The position numbers and the translations under genes were made by a program. Below, piece by piece: positions 36,983 to 47,228 of a stretch of DNA of 64,000 nucleotides. Origin of the DNA: an uncultured Halomonas sp. Lineage in GTDB: Bacteria > Pseudomonadota > Gammaproteobacteria > Pseudomonadales > Halomonadaceae. Position 1 is the stretch's first letter; the number at the start of each line of letters is the position of its first letter. The stretch spans positions 264,916-328,915 of the forward strand of contig CAZZCJ010000001.1 in assembly GCA_964652855.1 (NCBI GenBank), in the 5' to 3' direction. The notes beneath the pieces were generated by a model. The model was not told the origin of the DNA, made no database searches, and saw only the letters and a program-made list of their open reading frames with translations.

Positions 36983-37546
36983 TCAGTCGCCGTAGGGGAG
37001 CGAGGAGTGGTGCAGCACGATGCGCAGCGCGCCCTCGTCGTCCAGGTGGTAGCCCCAGGTCTTGTCGACGGTGGTGGTATTGCCGTCGGCATCGAGGATG
37101 GAGACGGTGCCCATGGTCATGGCGACGTCGCCGCTGATGAAGATGGCGGCATTGTCGATCTCGACCTCCTGCCAGCCCTTCAGGGCGAAGCCGCTGTCGG
37201 CGGGAAAGTCCTCGTCGTGGCCGACGAAGTAGGCGAGCGCGCCCTCGGGGGTGGTGCGGAAGGTCTGGGGGGCTTCGGCCAGGGTGGGCTTGAACAGTAC
37301 CGGCCCCATCGCGTAGCCGTAGGCGCTGTCGATGATGTCGCGTGCAAGCGCGGTGGCGGCGTCGATGCCTTCTGCCTCGTAGGTGCTGGAGATGGCGACC
37401 AGGGCCTCGCCCCAGGCCTGCTGCGCGGCGAGCACCTGTTCTTCGGTGATGTCGCCACCCATGTGCGTGACCGGAGCGGCACTGGCTAGCGCGCTCATGC
37501 CCAGGCCAAGGCCCAGGGCGGCTGCTGCAATCGTCGTCTTGAACAT
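36983..37546 (-). CDS. Secreted NTF2/SnoaL-like fold protein (family uncertain)
   Basis: Signal peptide MFKTTIAAAALGLGLGMSALASA. The mature part (QVLAAQQAWGEALVAIS..., ...IFISGDVAMTMG...) resembles DUF4440/SnoaL-like proteins. No motif-level certainty. Confidence 0.5.
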   Translation of the reverse strand: MFKTTIAAAALGLGLGMSALASAAPVTHMGGDITEEQVLAAQQAWGEALVAISSTYEAEGIDAATALARDIIDSAYGYAMGPVLFKPTLAEAPQTFRTTPEGALAYFVGHDEDFPADSGFALKGWQEVEIDNAAIFISGDVAMTMGTVSILDADGNTTTVDKTWGYHLDDEGALRIVLHHSSLPYGD

Positions 37547-37745
37547 ACGAGATCTCCCTTGTCAGTCAGGTAAACGATTCATTAGAAAATGCGCTGTCAC
37601 TCTAGCGCAGCCGTGCCGCACTGCCACGCTGGCCGGGAGCGCTTCCATCGTTTTTCCCCTAATTCGGCTGCCCTGGCGTTGCCCTGCTCGACCTGTTCGC
37701 TGCCTCGGTGCTGATGCACCGATGTGGCTCGCCTGGCTGTGCCGC

Positions 37746-37762
37746 TGCACCAGGATGATGCA
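37746..37762. promoter_or_regulatory. NtrC-type site upstream of ureD
   Basis: TGCACCAGGATGATGCA versus TGCACC-N5-GGTGCA (one mismatch). Confidence 0.45.
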
Positions 37763-37870
37763 AAGCGGTGCTGGCGGGCGCACCCTGATGAGGCGTACCG
37801 CCGGCGAAGTTGCAGCTTTAATGAGTACAACCTCTTGAATGACATGGATTAATCGAGAGTGGCAAGGCGG

Positions 37871-37886
37871 TGGTACGCCCCTTGCT
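37871..37886 (+). promoter_or_regulatory. Sigma54 (-24/-12) promoter of the urease operon
   Basis: TGGTACGCCCCTTGCT versus TGGCAC-N5-TTGC(A/T) (one mismatch), 36 nt upstream of the ureD ATG at 37922. Confidence 0.55.
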
Positions 37887-37921
37887 ATGACAGGGCAGAC
37901 ACGCTGGACCACGAGCTGCCC

Positions 37922-38815
37922 ATGACCGCTTTCGAGACTTCCCTGAATGCCAAGGAGCCGACGACCTCCGGCCATCGCTTCGATGGTGGTCGCCGCTGGG
38001 CGGCGTCGCTCGCGCTTGGCTTTGGCATTCGCGATGGGGCCACGCGCATGGTGCGGGCTCGCCACCAGGGCCCGCTGCGGGTGCAGCGGCCTTTCTATCC
38101 GGAGGGCCCCACGGGCGCCTGCCATGCCTACCTGCTGCATCCGCCCGGCGGGCTGGTCAGCGGCGACGCGCTCGACGTGTCGGTGCAGGTTGAGCCCGGT
38201 GCCCATGTGCTGGTCACCACGCCGGCCGCCAACAAGCTCTACCGTGCCGACAGCCACGGCGTGGCCTGGGCCCAGCACACCCATCTGACGGTAGCCCCGG
38301 GCGGCGTGCTCGAGTGGCTGCCCCAGGAGACCATCGCCTTCGATGGCTCTCGCGGGGAACAGGCGACGCGGATCGATCTCGCTGGCGATGCCCGCTGCCT
38401 GGGCTGGGAGGTGCTGGCGCTGGGCCGTCCGGCGAGCCGACTGCCGTTCGTTTCCGGCCGAATCGAGCAGCGCTTTGGCCTGTACCGGGACGACGGGCCG
38501 CTGTGGCTGGAGCGCCAGCCGCTCGACCCGCTGCATCCGCGCTTCAACGGTCGCTGGGGGCAGGGTGGAGCCAGCGTGCAGGCCACGCTGTGGGCGGTGG
38601 GGCTGGACGACGAGCCCGGCGCCATCGAAGCGCTGCGAGAGGCCATGCCGGCCAGCCCGCGCTGGGCCGTGACCGTGCGCCACGGCGTGCTGCTGCTGCG
38701 CTACCTCGGCCATGAGCGCAACGAGGCCTGGGCGATCTGCCGTCAGGCCTGGGCGTGCCTCAGGCCCCTGCTCATCGGCGAGCCCGCTCATCCGCCCCGC
38801 ATCTGGTTTACCTGA
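37922..38815 (+). CDS. ureD: Urease accessory protein UreD
   Basis: LRVQRPFYPEG...CHAYLLHPPGGLVSGD is typical of UreD/UreH. The start at 37922 is chosen because the sigma54 element lies inside the longer ORF. Confidence 0.85.
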   Translation: MTAFETSLNAKEPTTSGHRFDGGRRWAASLALGFGIRDGATRMVRARHQGPLRVQRPFYPEGPTGACHAYLLHPPGGLVSGDALDVSVQVEPGAHVLVTTPAANKLYRADSHGVAWAQHTHLTVAPGGVLEWLPQETIAFDGSRGEQATRIDLAGDARCLGWEVLALGRPASRLPFVSGRIEQRFGLYRDDGPLWLERQPLDPLHPRFNGRWGQGGASVQATLWAVGLDDEPGAIEALREAMPASPRWAVTVRHGVLLLRYLGHERNEAWAICRQAWACLRPLLIGEPAHPPRIWFT

Positions 38816-38833
38816 CGCTTCCAGGAGATTCGC

Positions 38834-39136
38834 ATGGAACTGACCCCGAGAGACAAGGACAAGCTGCTGCTGTTCTCGGCCGCCCAACTGGCCGAGCGGC
38901 GCCGCGCCCGTGGCCTCAAGCTCAACTATCCCGAAGCTGTGGCGCTGATCAGCTTCGAGATCATGGAAGGGGCCCGTGATGGGCGCAGCGTGGCCGAGCT
39001 GATGAGCTACGGCCGCGAGATCCTCACGCGCGGCGATGTGATGGAGGGCGTGGCCGAGATGGTCGACGAGGTGCAGGTCGAGGCGACCTTCCCAGACGGC
39101 ACGAAGCTAGTCACCGTCCACACGCCGATTGTGTGA
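38834..39136 (+). CDS. ureA: Urease subunit gamma
   Basis: [39 protein letters not shown]..., 100 aa. Confidence 0.97.
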   Translation: MELTPRDKDKLLLFSAAQLAERRRARGLKLNYPEAVALISFEIMEGARDGRSVAELMSYGREILTRGDVMEGVAEMVDEVQVEATFPDGTKLVTVHTPIV

Positions 39137-39142
39137 AGTGGT

Positions 39143-39219
39143 AAGGCGTGAGGGGGGAGGCGTGAGGAAGAGGTGTTGCTCCTCACTCCTCTCTCCTCAC
39201 CCCTCGCCCCTCACCCCTT
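39143..39219 (+). repeat. Long imperfect inverted repeat (GTGAGG / CCTCAC arms) in the ureA-ureB spacer
   Basis: The left arm is AAGGCGTGAGGGGGGAGGCGTGAGGAAGAGG. The reverse complement of the right arm is AAGGGGTGAGGGGCGAGGGGTGAGGAGAGAGG... This predicts an imperfect stem of roughly 30 bp within the operon. Confidence 0.7.
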
Positions 39220-39239
39220 GCGCGACGAAGGAGCACTTC

Positions 39240-39556
39240 ATGATTCCAGGACAGTACCAGTTGCAGAACGGAGAGATCGAGCTCTGCGCCGGGCGCGAGC
39301 GGATCTCCGTCGAGGTCGCCAATACCGGTGACCGGCCGATCCAGGTCGGCTCCCACTATCACTTTGCCGAGACCAACCCGGCACTGGTGTTCGATCGCAC
39401 CAAGGCGCGGGGCTTTCGCCTGGACGTGGCGGCGGGCACGGCGATTCGCTTCGAGCCGGGCCAGACCCGCGAGGTCACGCTGATCCCCTTCGCCGGCACG
39501 CGCCATATCTACGGTTTTCGCGGCGAGGTGATGGGATCGCTGGAGGGAGGTGAGGC

Positions 39557-39560
<4 letters not shown>
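39240..39560 (+). CDS. ureB: Urease subunit beta
   Basis: [20 protein letters not shown]...[26 protein letters not shown] precedes it. Confidence 0.95.
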
Positions 39561-41266
<1,706 letters not shown>

Positions 41267-41427
41267 GTCATGGGATACGACGCGCAAGGCAAGCGGCGCC
41301 GGGGGTAGGCCGGAGCGAGGGTCTTTTGCCATGGATGGCAAAAGTAGCTTACAGGGAAGTATTTACAGCGCCCTCGCGGAGGCCTGCCGCCGGATCAGCC
41401 GCGGACAACTTCACCGAGGCAATAGCC

Positions 41428-42015
41428 ATGCTGAAACTGATCGAACGCCTTGGCCCCATCGAGGGGCGCCAGGCAAGCGACACCCTGACGCTGCCCTATG
41501 AGCTGCGCATCCGCGGGCGGCTCAAGGCGACAAGTGACGCCGGGCGCGAGCTGCGCCTGTTCCTCGACCGTGGCCCGGTGCTGCGCGACGGCGAGGGCCT
41601 GCGTGCCGAGGGCGGCGAGATCGTGCAGGTCAAGGCCGCCGCCGAACCGGTGGTCACGGCGCGCGTGGCTGCCGGCTTACCGCTCGCCCGGCTCGCCTAT
41701 CACCTGGGTAACCGGCACGTGCAGCTGGCGCTGGGGGAGGATGAGCAAGGCGGCTACGTGCGCTTCCCGCCGGATCATGTGCTGGAGGAGCTGGCCGAGC
41801 TGCTGGGAGCTCATCTGGAACGGCACGCGGCTCCCTTCGACCCCGAGCCGGGCGCCTACAACCAGCTCGGCCATGGACACGGCCATGGACACGGCCATGT
41901 CCACGATCATAACCACGACCACGACCACGACCACGCCCACGCCCACGCCCACGACCACAACCACAGCCATGACCACAGCCATCAGCACGCCCATGGGCAC
42001 CCCCATGCCCACTGA
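41428..42015 (+). CDS. ureE: Urease accessory protein UreE with extended alternating His tail
   Basis: MLKLIERLG...LAYHLGNRHV... The C-terminal 48 aa are almost entirely H-x dipeptides ([47 protein letters not shown]). Confidence 0.9.
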   Translation: MLKLIERLGPIEGRQASDTLTLPYELRIRGRLKATSDAGRELRLFLDRGPVLRDGEGLRAEGGEIVQVKAAAEPVVTARVAAGLPLARLAYHLGNRHVQLALGEDEQGGYVRFPPDHVLEELAELLGAHLERHAAPFDPEPGAYNQLGHGHGHGHGHVHDHNHDHDHDHAHAHAHDHNHSHDHSHQHAHGHPHAH

Positions 42016-42724
42016 GGCGGCCGCACCGGAGATGCCGCAAGGCGACGACCTGGCGCTGCTGGGGCTGCTGCAACTCGTCAGCCCGGCGCTGCCGATCGGC
42101 GCCTTCGCCTTCTCCCAGGGGCTCGAGAGCGCCTTCGAGCTGGGCTGGGTGCGCGACGAGACGAGCCTCGGCGAGTGGCTGGAAGGGGTGCTCGACGACG
42201 GCCTGACCCGCTGCGAATTGCCCGCCCTGGCTCGCCTGTGGCAAGCCTGGGCGGCAGGCGACGGCGAGGCGATAGCCCAATGGGACCGCTGGCTCGCCGC
42301 CAACCGCGAGACCGCCGAGCTGGCCGCCGAGGACTCACGCCTGGGCGCGTCGCTTGCCCGTCTGCTGGGCAGCCTGGAGCTGCTGCCTGCCGAGGTGTCG
42401 AGTGAGTCGCCCGTGCTGCCGGCTGGGGCGGGCTACGTGACCGTCTTTGCCTGGGCCGCCCAGGTGCGCGGGGTGGCGCCACGCCAGGCCCTGCTCGGCT
42501 TCGCCTGGGCCTGGCTGGAGAACCAGCTGGCGGTAGCCTGCAAGGCGCTGCCGCTGGGGCATACCGCCGCACAGCGCCTGGTCGAGCGGCTGCGTCCGGC
42601 GCTGGTGGCCGCCGTGGACAAAGCGCTCGCGCTCGGGGACGACGAACTCGGCCCGGCGCTGCCCGGCCTGGCATTGGCCAGCGCGCTGCACGAAACCCAG
42701 TATTCGCGACTATTCCGCAGCTAG
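42005..42724 (+). CDS. ureF: Urease accessory protein UreF
   Basis: [24 protein letters not shown] is typical of UreF. The start lies inside the ureE His-tail region, and the exact start is uncertain (41993, 42005 or later). Confidence 0.85.
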   Translation: MPTEAAAPEMPQGDDLALLGLLQLVSPALPIGAFAFSQGLESAFELGWVRDETSLGEWLEGVLDDGLTRCELPALARLWQAWAAGDGEAIAQWDRWLAANRETAELAAEDSRLGASLARLLGSLELLPAEVSSESPVLPAGAGYVTVFAWAAQVRGVAPRQALLGFAWAWLENQLAVACKALPLGHTAAQRLVERLRPALVAAVDKALALGDDELGPALPGLALASALHETQYSRLFRS

Positions 42725-42743
42725 TGACAATCAGGAGAACGAC

Positions 42744-43376
42744 ATGACACATTGTCTACGCATCGGCGTCGGCGGCCCGGTGGGCTCCGGCAAGACGGCC
42801 CTGCTCAAGCAGCTCTGCCTGGCGCTGCGCGACCACTACGACATCGCCGTGGTCACCAACGATATCTACACCCGCGAGGATGCCGACTTCCTGCTGCGCC
42901 ACGAGGCGCTGGCGGCCGATCGCATCCTCGGCGTGGAGACCGGCGGCTGCCCGCATACGGCGATCCGCGAGGATGCCTCGATGAACCTGGCCGCCATCGA
43001 CGAGCTGCAGGAGCGTCATCCGAATCTCGAACTGGTGCTGGTGGAGTCGGGCGGCGACAACCTCTCGGCCACCTTCAGCCCCGAGCTTTCCGACCTGACG
43101 CTCTACGTGATCGATGTCTCGGCCGGCGACAAGATCCCACGCAAGGGCGGGCCGGGCATCACCAAGTCGGATCTGCTGATCATCAACAAGATCGATATCG
43201 CCGAGCAGGTCCACGCCTCGCTGGAGGTGATGGAGCGCGACTCCAGGAAGATGCGCGGCGAGCGTCCGTTCGTCTTCACCAACCTCTACGACGGCGTGGG
43301 GCTCGAGGAGATTATCCGCTTCATCCTCGATCGCGGCATGCTGCCGGAGCGCCGGCCCCAGCTGGCCACTGCCTGA
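42744..43376 (+). CDS. ureG: Urease accessory GTPase UreG
   Basis: [17 protein letters not shown] and NKIDIA motifs. 210 aa. Confidence 0.97.
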   Translation: MTHCLRIGVGGPVGSGKTALLKQLCLALRDHYDIAVVTNDIYTREDADFLLRHEALAADRILGVETGGCPHTAIREDASMNLAAIDELQERHPNLELVLVESGGDNLSATFSPELSDLTLYVIDVSAGDKIPRKGGPGITKSDLLIINKIDIAEQVHASLEVMERDSRKMRGERPFVFTNLYDGVGLEEIIRFILDRGMLPERRPQLATA

Positions 43377-43417
43377 AGACAACCCCTAGCACCCCCATCG
43401 GCAAGGAGATCGCCACC

Positions 43418-44020
43418 ATGACTACGCTTCGTTCCGCTTCTTTGCGCCAGGCCCTGCTGATAATGCCGGCGCTGCTGCTCACTGCCGGGCTGGCCGCAGC
43501 CCATCCGGGCCACGACCATGCCCACGGCGCTGGCTTCGCCGCCGGCCTGGCGCACCCGCTGCTGGGGTTCGACCACCTGCTGGCGATGCTGGCCGTGGGG
43601 CTCTGGAGCCTGCGCCAGAGCCGCGCTTTCAGTATCAGTGCACCCTTGCTCGCCGCCGTCGGCATGCTGCTGGGGGCAGGGCTAGCCTGGGGCGGCTTCG
43701 CGCTGCCAGGCGTGGAATTCGGCATCGCCATGTCGGTGCTGCTGGCGGGGGTGCTGGTCGCTGCGCTGGTCAAAGTGCCAGCGGGAATCGGCGCCGGCGT
43801 GGTGGTGCTGTTCATGCTCTTCCACGGCCATGCCCACGGCAGCGAGATGCCCCATGGCGCCTCGACGCTGGCCTACCTGGCCGGCTTCACCCTGGCGACC
43901 CTGGTCATCACCTACATGGGCCGCACGGCGGGTGCCTTCTTGATGGCGCGCGAGCATCGCCTCCTGCGGGCGCTGGGCCTGCTGATTGCCGCGGCCGGCG
44001 CGCTGTTCGCGTTGGGCTGA
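43418..44020 (+). CDS. ureJ: HupE/UreJ family nickel/cobalt transporter
   Basis: Signal peptide, then HPGHDHAHG, GFDHLLAML and HGHAHG. An AAGGAG RBS precedes it. Confidence 0.85.
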   Translation: MTTLRSASLRQALLIMPALLLTAGLAAAHPGHDHAHGAGFAAGLAHPLLGFDHLLAMLAVGLWSLRQSRAFSISAPLLAAVGMLLGAGLAWGGFALPGVEFGIAMSVLLAGVLVAALVKVPAGIGAGVVVLFMLFHGHAHGSEMPHGASTLAYLAGFTLATLVITYMGRTAGAFLMAREHRLLRALGLLIAAAGALFALG

Positions 44021-44132
44021 TACTCGGTCGTCAGCGCCGCCTTGGGCTCATGCCGGGGGCGGCGCTATATCGAAAAGTTGACATGGAAGGCCCAGACGCG
44101 CAGTTTGAAAAGAAAATAGCTAGGAGAGGCGT

Positions 44133-44357
44133 ATGGATACGCTTTGGTTGGCGATCAAGATCGTCATCACGCTGCTGGTTGTGATTCTTTTCGTGCAGAA
44201 CATCGTGCTGGTCGAAGTGCGTTTTTTGACATGGAGTGCCCGCGTTCCGCTGGCGCTTCTGCTGCTGGGTATCTACCTGTTCGGCATGCTGAGCGGCAAG
44301 TCGCTGTTCCACCTGCTGGGCCGCCTGCGCAAGGATTGCCAGCGTTCTACGAGGTGA
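44133..44357 (+). CDS. LapA-domain (DUF1049) small membrane protein
   Basis: 74 aa, with LFVQNIVLVEVRFLTWSARVPLALLLLGIYLFGMLSG matching the LapA_dom pattern. An AGGAGAGG RBS precedes it. Confidence 0.7.
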   Translation: MDTLWLAIKIVITLLVVILFVQNIVLVEVRFLTWSARVPLALLLLGIYLFGMLSGKSLFHLLGRLRKDCQRSTR

Positions 44358-46051
44358 GTCCGGTGGTGAGTCGACTATCTGCCGTTGCTCTGCATCGCCT
44401 TGCCTCGCTGTTTGCCTTCATGCTCCTGATCGTTCTTGCGCTACAGGCAGGAAGGGCTCAGCAAGCCCTGCTAGTCACCCATGAAGCGGTCGATGAAGGC
44501 CTCTCGCTGATCACGGCCATCCAGGATCTCCAAGTCACCCTGCTCGAGGTGGAAACTGGCGAGCGGGGTTTCGTCATTACTGGTCGCAGTGACTATCTGG
44601 TGCCCTACCTGAGCGCTCGGCAGCGACTCGACGCCGAGCGAAGTTTGCTACTCGAACGGCTGGAAGCGAAACAGCGCTTAACCAATGATCGTTTATCCCT
44701 GCTTGCGGCATTGATCGAGCGACGGGTGAGTATTGCCGAGAACAATATTGCCGTGCGTGAGAGCGACGGGTTGGAAGCTGCCGCTTTACGGCTCCTGGCT
44801 GCCGGAGGGCGTCAGACCATGGCGCAAATTCTCGGCATCCTCGACCCAATCAAACATGACGAGCGTAAGCAGCTGGCCGTTCAGAGTGCGCGTGCCGCTG
44901 AGCAGGCCGCTCGGGCAAGGACCGTGGGAATCATCGGGATCGTGTTCGTGGTGCTGCTCTTTTTGGCCGCCTATGGTGCCCTGAATCGGGTGCTTTTCAT
45001 TCGACGCCAGCTGCTCGAACGTGCCGAGCATCGCGAGGCAAGGCTCCATGCTCTTCTCCACGCCATGCCGGATGACCTCTATGTGATCGATCATGAAAGG
45101 CGTGTCCTGCGACTGGTGGGGGATATGCCAGCTTCGGAAGCCTTTGTGCGGGTATTGCACGAGCGCCTGGACAGCAGCGGCTCAGAAGAGCTATTGCATA
45201 GCTTCGTCTGGCATGACCCTTATGATGCCGAGTTTGAAGTACGCATGCTGCCTACCTGGGACGATGAGCATCTCGTCATTGTTCGCAACATCACTCAGCG
45301 TCGAGAGATGGAGCGCATGAAGGCAGAATTCATCGCTACCGTCAGCCATGAGCTGCGCACCCCACTCACGGCGGTGAAAGGCGCATTGAGCATGCTGCAG
45401 CAGGGATACGCCGGAGAATTGACCGACGATGCTAGGCTGCTTGTACAAATGGCTAATAAGAATGGTCAGCGTTTGGTGCGTTTGATTGATGACATCCTCG
45501 ATATCGAGAAGCTCGAAGCAGGTCAGCTGCAGGTTCACTTGCAGCAGGTTGATCTGCTGGGGCTAGTTGAACAGGCGTTGGTCGATAACACGCCGTATGC
45601 CGAGAGCTTTGGCGTCAAGCTGCAGCATGAATTTGTCGAAACCCAAGCTGAGCTCGAGCTTGATCCGCATCGTTTTGCCCAGGTGATTGCCAATCTGATT
45701 TCCAATGCCTGCAAGCACTCTCCGGCGGGTGCCACCGTGACCGTTATCGTCAGGTTGGTGACACATGCGGGGGCAGACTGGTGGGAGGTGGCCGTATGTG
45801 ACAGCGGCGATGGAATTCCGCTGGAGTTTCAACCTAGCGTGTTCGAGCGTTTCTCCCAGGCGGATAGTACAGATCGCAGACGCATCGGCGGTACTGGACT
45901 CGGCTTGGCGATCACTCGAGGCCTGGTTCATGCCATGGGCGGCGAGATCGGATTTACCTCGGTGCCCATGGCCGGTACGGAGTTCCATGTGCGCTTTCCA
46001 GCCTTGCACAAGGACCGCCGACACACGAATCAAGCTAAGGAATCGAGATGA
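44354..46051 (+). CDS. CHASE3-domain sensor histidine kinase
   Basis: The GTG start overlaps the upstream stop (GTGA). A TM anchor is followed by a CHASE3-like LEVETGERGFVITGRSDYLVPY, HisKA (FIATVSHELRTPLTAV) and HATPase (DSGDGIP, GTGLGLAI) domains. Confidence 0.85.
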   Translation: MSPVVSRLSAVALHRLASLFAFMLLIVLALQAGRAQQALLVTHEAVDEGLSLITAIQDLQVTLLEVETGERGFVITGRSDYLVPYLSARQRLDAERSLLLERLEAKQRLTNDRLSLLAALIERRVSIAENNIAVRESDGLEAAALRLLAAGGRQTMAQILGILDPIKHDERKQLAVQSARAAEQAARARTVGIIGIVFVVLLFLAAYGALNRVLFIRRQLLERAEHREARLHALLHAMPDDLYVIDHERRVLRLVGDMPASEAFVRVLHERLDSSGSEELLHSFVWHDPYDAEFEVRMLPTWDDEHLVIVRNITQRREMERMKAEFIATVSHELRTPLTAVKGALSMLQQGYAGELTDDARLLVQMANKNGQRLVRLIDDILDIEKLEAGQLQVHLQQVDLLGLVEQALVDNTPYAESFGVKLQHEFVETQAELELDPHRFAQVIANLISNACKHSPAGATVTVIVRLVTHAGADWWEVAVCDSGDGIPLEFQPSVFERFSQADSTDRRRIGGTGLGLAITRGLVHAMGGEIGFTSVPMAGTEFHVRFPALHKDRRHTNQAKESR

Positions 46052-46440
46052 TGACCACGTGCGATGACAAACCCCGAATCCTGCTGGCGGAGGACGAGGA
46101 GGATGTTGCCTTCCTGATTCGCTTTCTGCTCGAGCGGCAGGGATTCGTGGTGGAGCACGTGCCAGATGGCCGGCGTGCGATCGAGCTTCTCACCGACACT
46201 CCCCCGGTTGACTTGGTGCTGCTCGACATCATGCTTCCCTACCATGATGGCATTGATGTACTGGAGCGCCTGCGCCAACTCCCGGCCTGGCAGGACGTGC
46301 CCGTCGTCATGCTCACTGCCAAAGCGCGTGAGACCGACGTGGTACGGGCCCTGGAGCTCGGTGCCGATGATTACGTGACCAAGCCGTTCCAGCCGGAGGA
46401 GCTGCTGGCTCGGCTGCGTCGTTTCATGAGGAGGCGTTGA
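46048..46440 (+). CDS. Stand-alone receiver-domain response regulator
   Basis: 130 aa: ILLAEDEEDVAFLI, DLVLLDIMLP and TAKA.. The ATGA overlaps the kinase stop. There is no output domain. Confidence 0.9.
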   Translation: MMTTCDDKPRILLAEDEEDVAFLIRFLLERQGFVVEHVPDGRRAIELLTDTPPVDLVLLDIMLPYHDGIDVLERLRQLPAWQDVPVVMLTAKARETDVVRALELGADDYVTKPFQPEELLARLRRFMRRR

Positions 46441-47228
46441 TGCAAGTTAGAGTTGATGCTCTATCTGCTGTCGTGGGGGGGCTGGTCGGAGCGCTGCTGC
46501 TGGTGTCGACGCTCTCCAGCGCTGCGCAGGCTCAGGAGCGGCGCACCGAAGTGGAAGCTTCGCTGCGCTACGATGCGCTGGACAGCGGTTTCGACGACTG
46601 GCTGACCCAGCGGCTCGACGTGCTGTCGACCCAGCGGGGCGAACCGACCTGGTATGGCGCCCTGCACGGGGAACGTCGCTATGGCACCTGGGATGAAGCA
46701 TTGCTGGCGGGGGCCGCTGTGCCCCTGGGCGAGGCCTGGGTCGTGCAGCCCGAGGTGGGGCGCACGTTTTCAGCCGATTTTCTTGCCCGATGGCATGCCG
46801 ATCTACGCGTTCAGCGCGTGCTGGGGGGGGGCTACGTGGGCAGTGCCAGCCTGCGGCGCACCCGCTACGCGAGTTCCCAGGTCGACAGGCTGGCCCTAGG
46901 CATGGAGCGCTACTGGGGCAACTGGCGCGGTGCCTACGCCCTCAATGTCAGCGATGCGGATGTGGCCGGCACTACGGTAGGGCATGCGGTTGCGCTGGAC
47001 TACTACTACGGCGAGCGCAGTTCGGTGGGGGTGCGCGGTGCGCTGGGTCGCGAGGAAGAGGGGCTGCCCGGTGGCGAGGTGGCGACCACGGACGTGGCCT
47101 CCGGGGCGCTGCTTGGTCGCCACTGGTTCGAAGAGAATTGGGCGCTGAGCTGGGAGCTCGGTGCGATCCGACAGGGCGATCTCTACGACCGCTATGGTGT
47201 TCAGCTGGGTGTGAGATATGCCTTCTGA
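46440..47228 (+). CDS. YaiO-family outer-membrane beta-barrel protein
   Basis: Signal peptide ending AAQA, an alternating beta-strand pattern, a C-terminal ...GVRYAF (aromatic terminus), and motifs recalled from YaiO-family proteins. Confidence 0.7.
   Translation: MQVRVDALSAVVGGLVGALLLVSTLSSAAQAQERRTEVEASLRYDALDSGFDDWLTQRLDVLSTQRGEPTWYGALHGERRYGTWDEALLAGAAVPLGEAWVVQPEVGRTFSADFLARWHADLRVQRVLGGGYVGSASLRRTRYASSQVDRLALGMERYWGNWRGAYALNVSDADVAGTTVGHAVALDYYYGERSSVGVRGALGREEEGLPGGEVATTDVASGALLGRHWFEENWALSWELGAIRQGDLYDRYGVQLGVRYAF

Noticed and set aside
37859-39239. Longer starts for ureD (37859) and ureB (39129)
   Set aside because: The ureD extension contains the putative sigma54 promoter. The ureB extension would translate the inverted-repeat spacer and overlaps the ureA stop. 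The downstream ATGs give canonical N-termini, and ureB has a strong RBS.
41323-41344. Perfect 10-bp palindrome CTTTTGCCAT-GG-ATGGCAAAAG in the 161-nt ureC-ureE spacer
   Set aside because: It is small, with a 2-nt loop and no T-tract. It is probably a minor mRNA structure, with not enough evidence to assign a function.
41869-42012. Short tandem repeats that might suggest a CRISPR-like or VNTR element (also 53975-54063 and 7881-8018)
   Set aside because: The units are 6-16 nt with no unique spacers. Two of the three are in-frame coding repeats (the His tail and the QGQEQ tail). No cas genes are present in the window.
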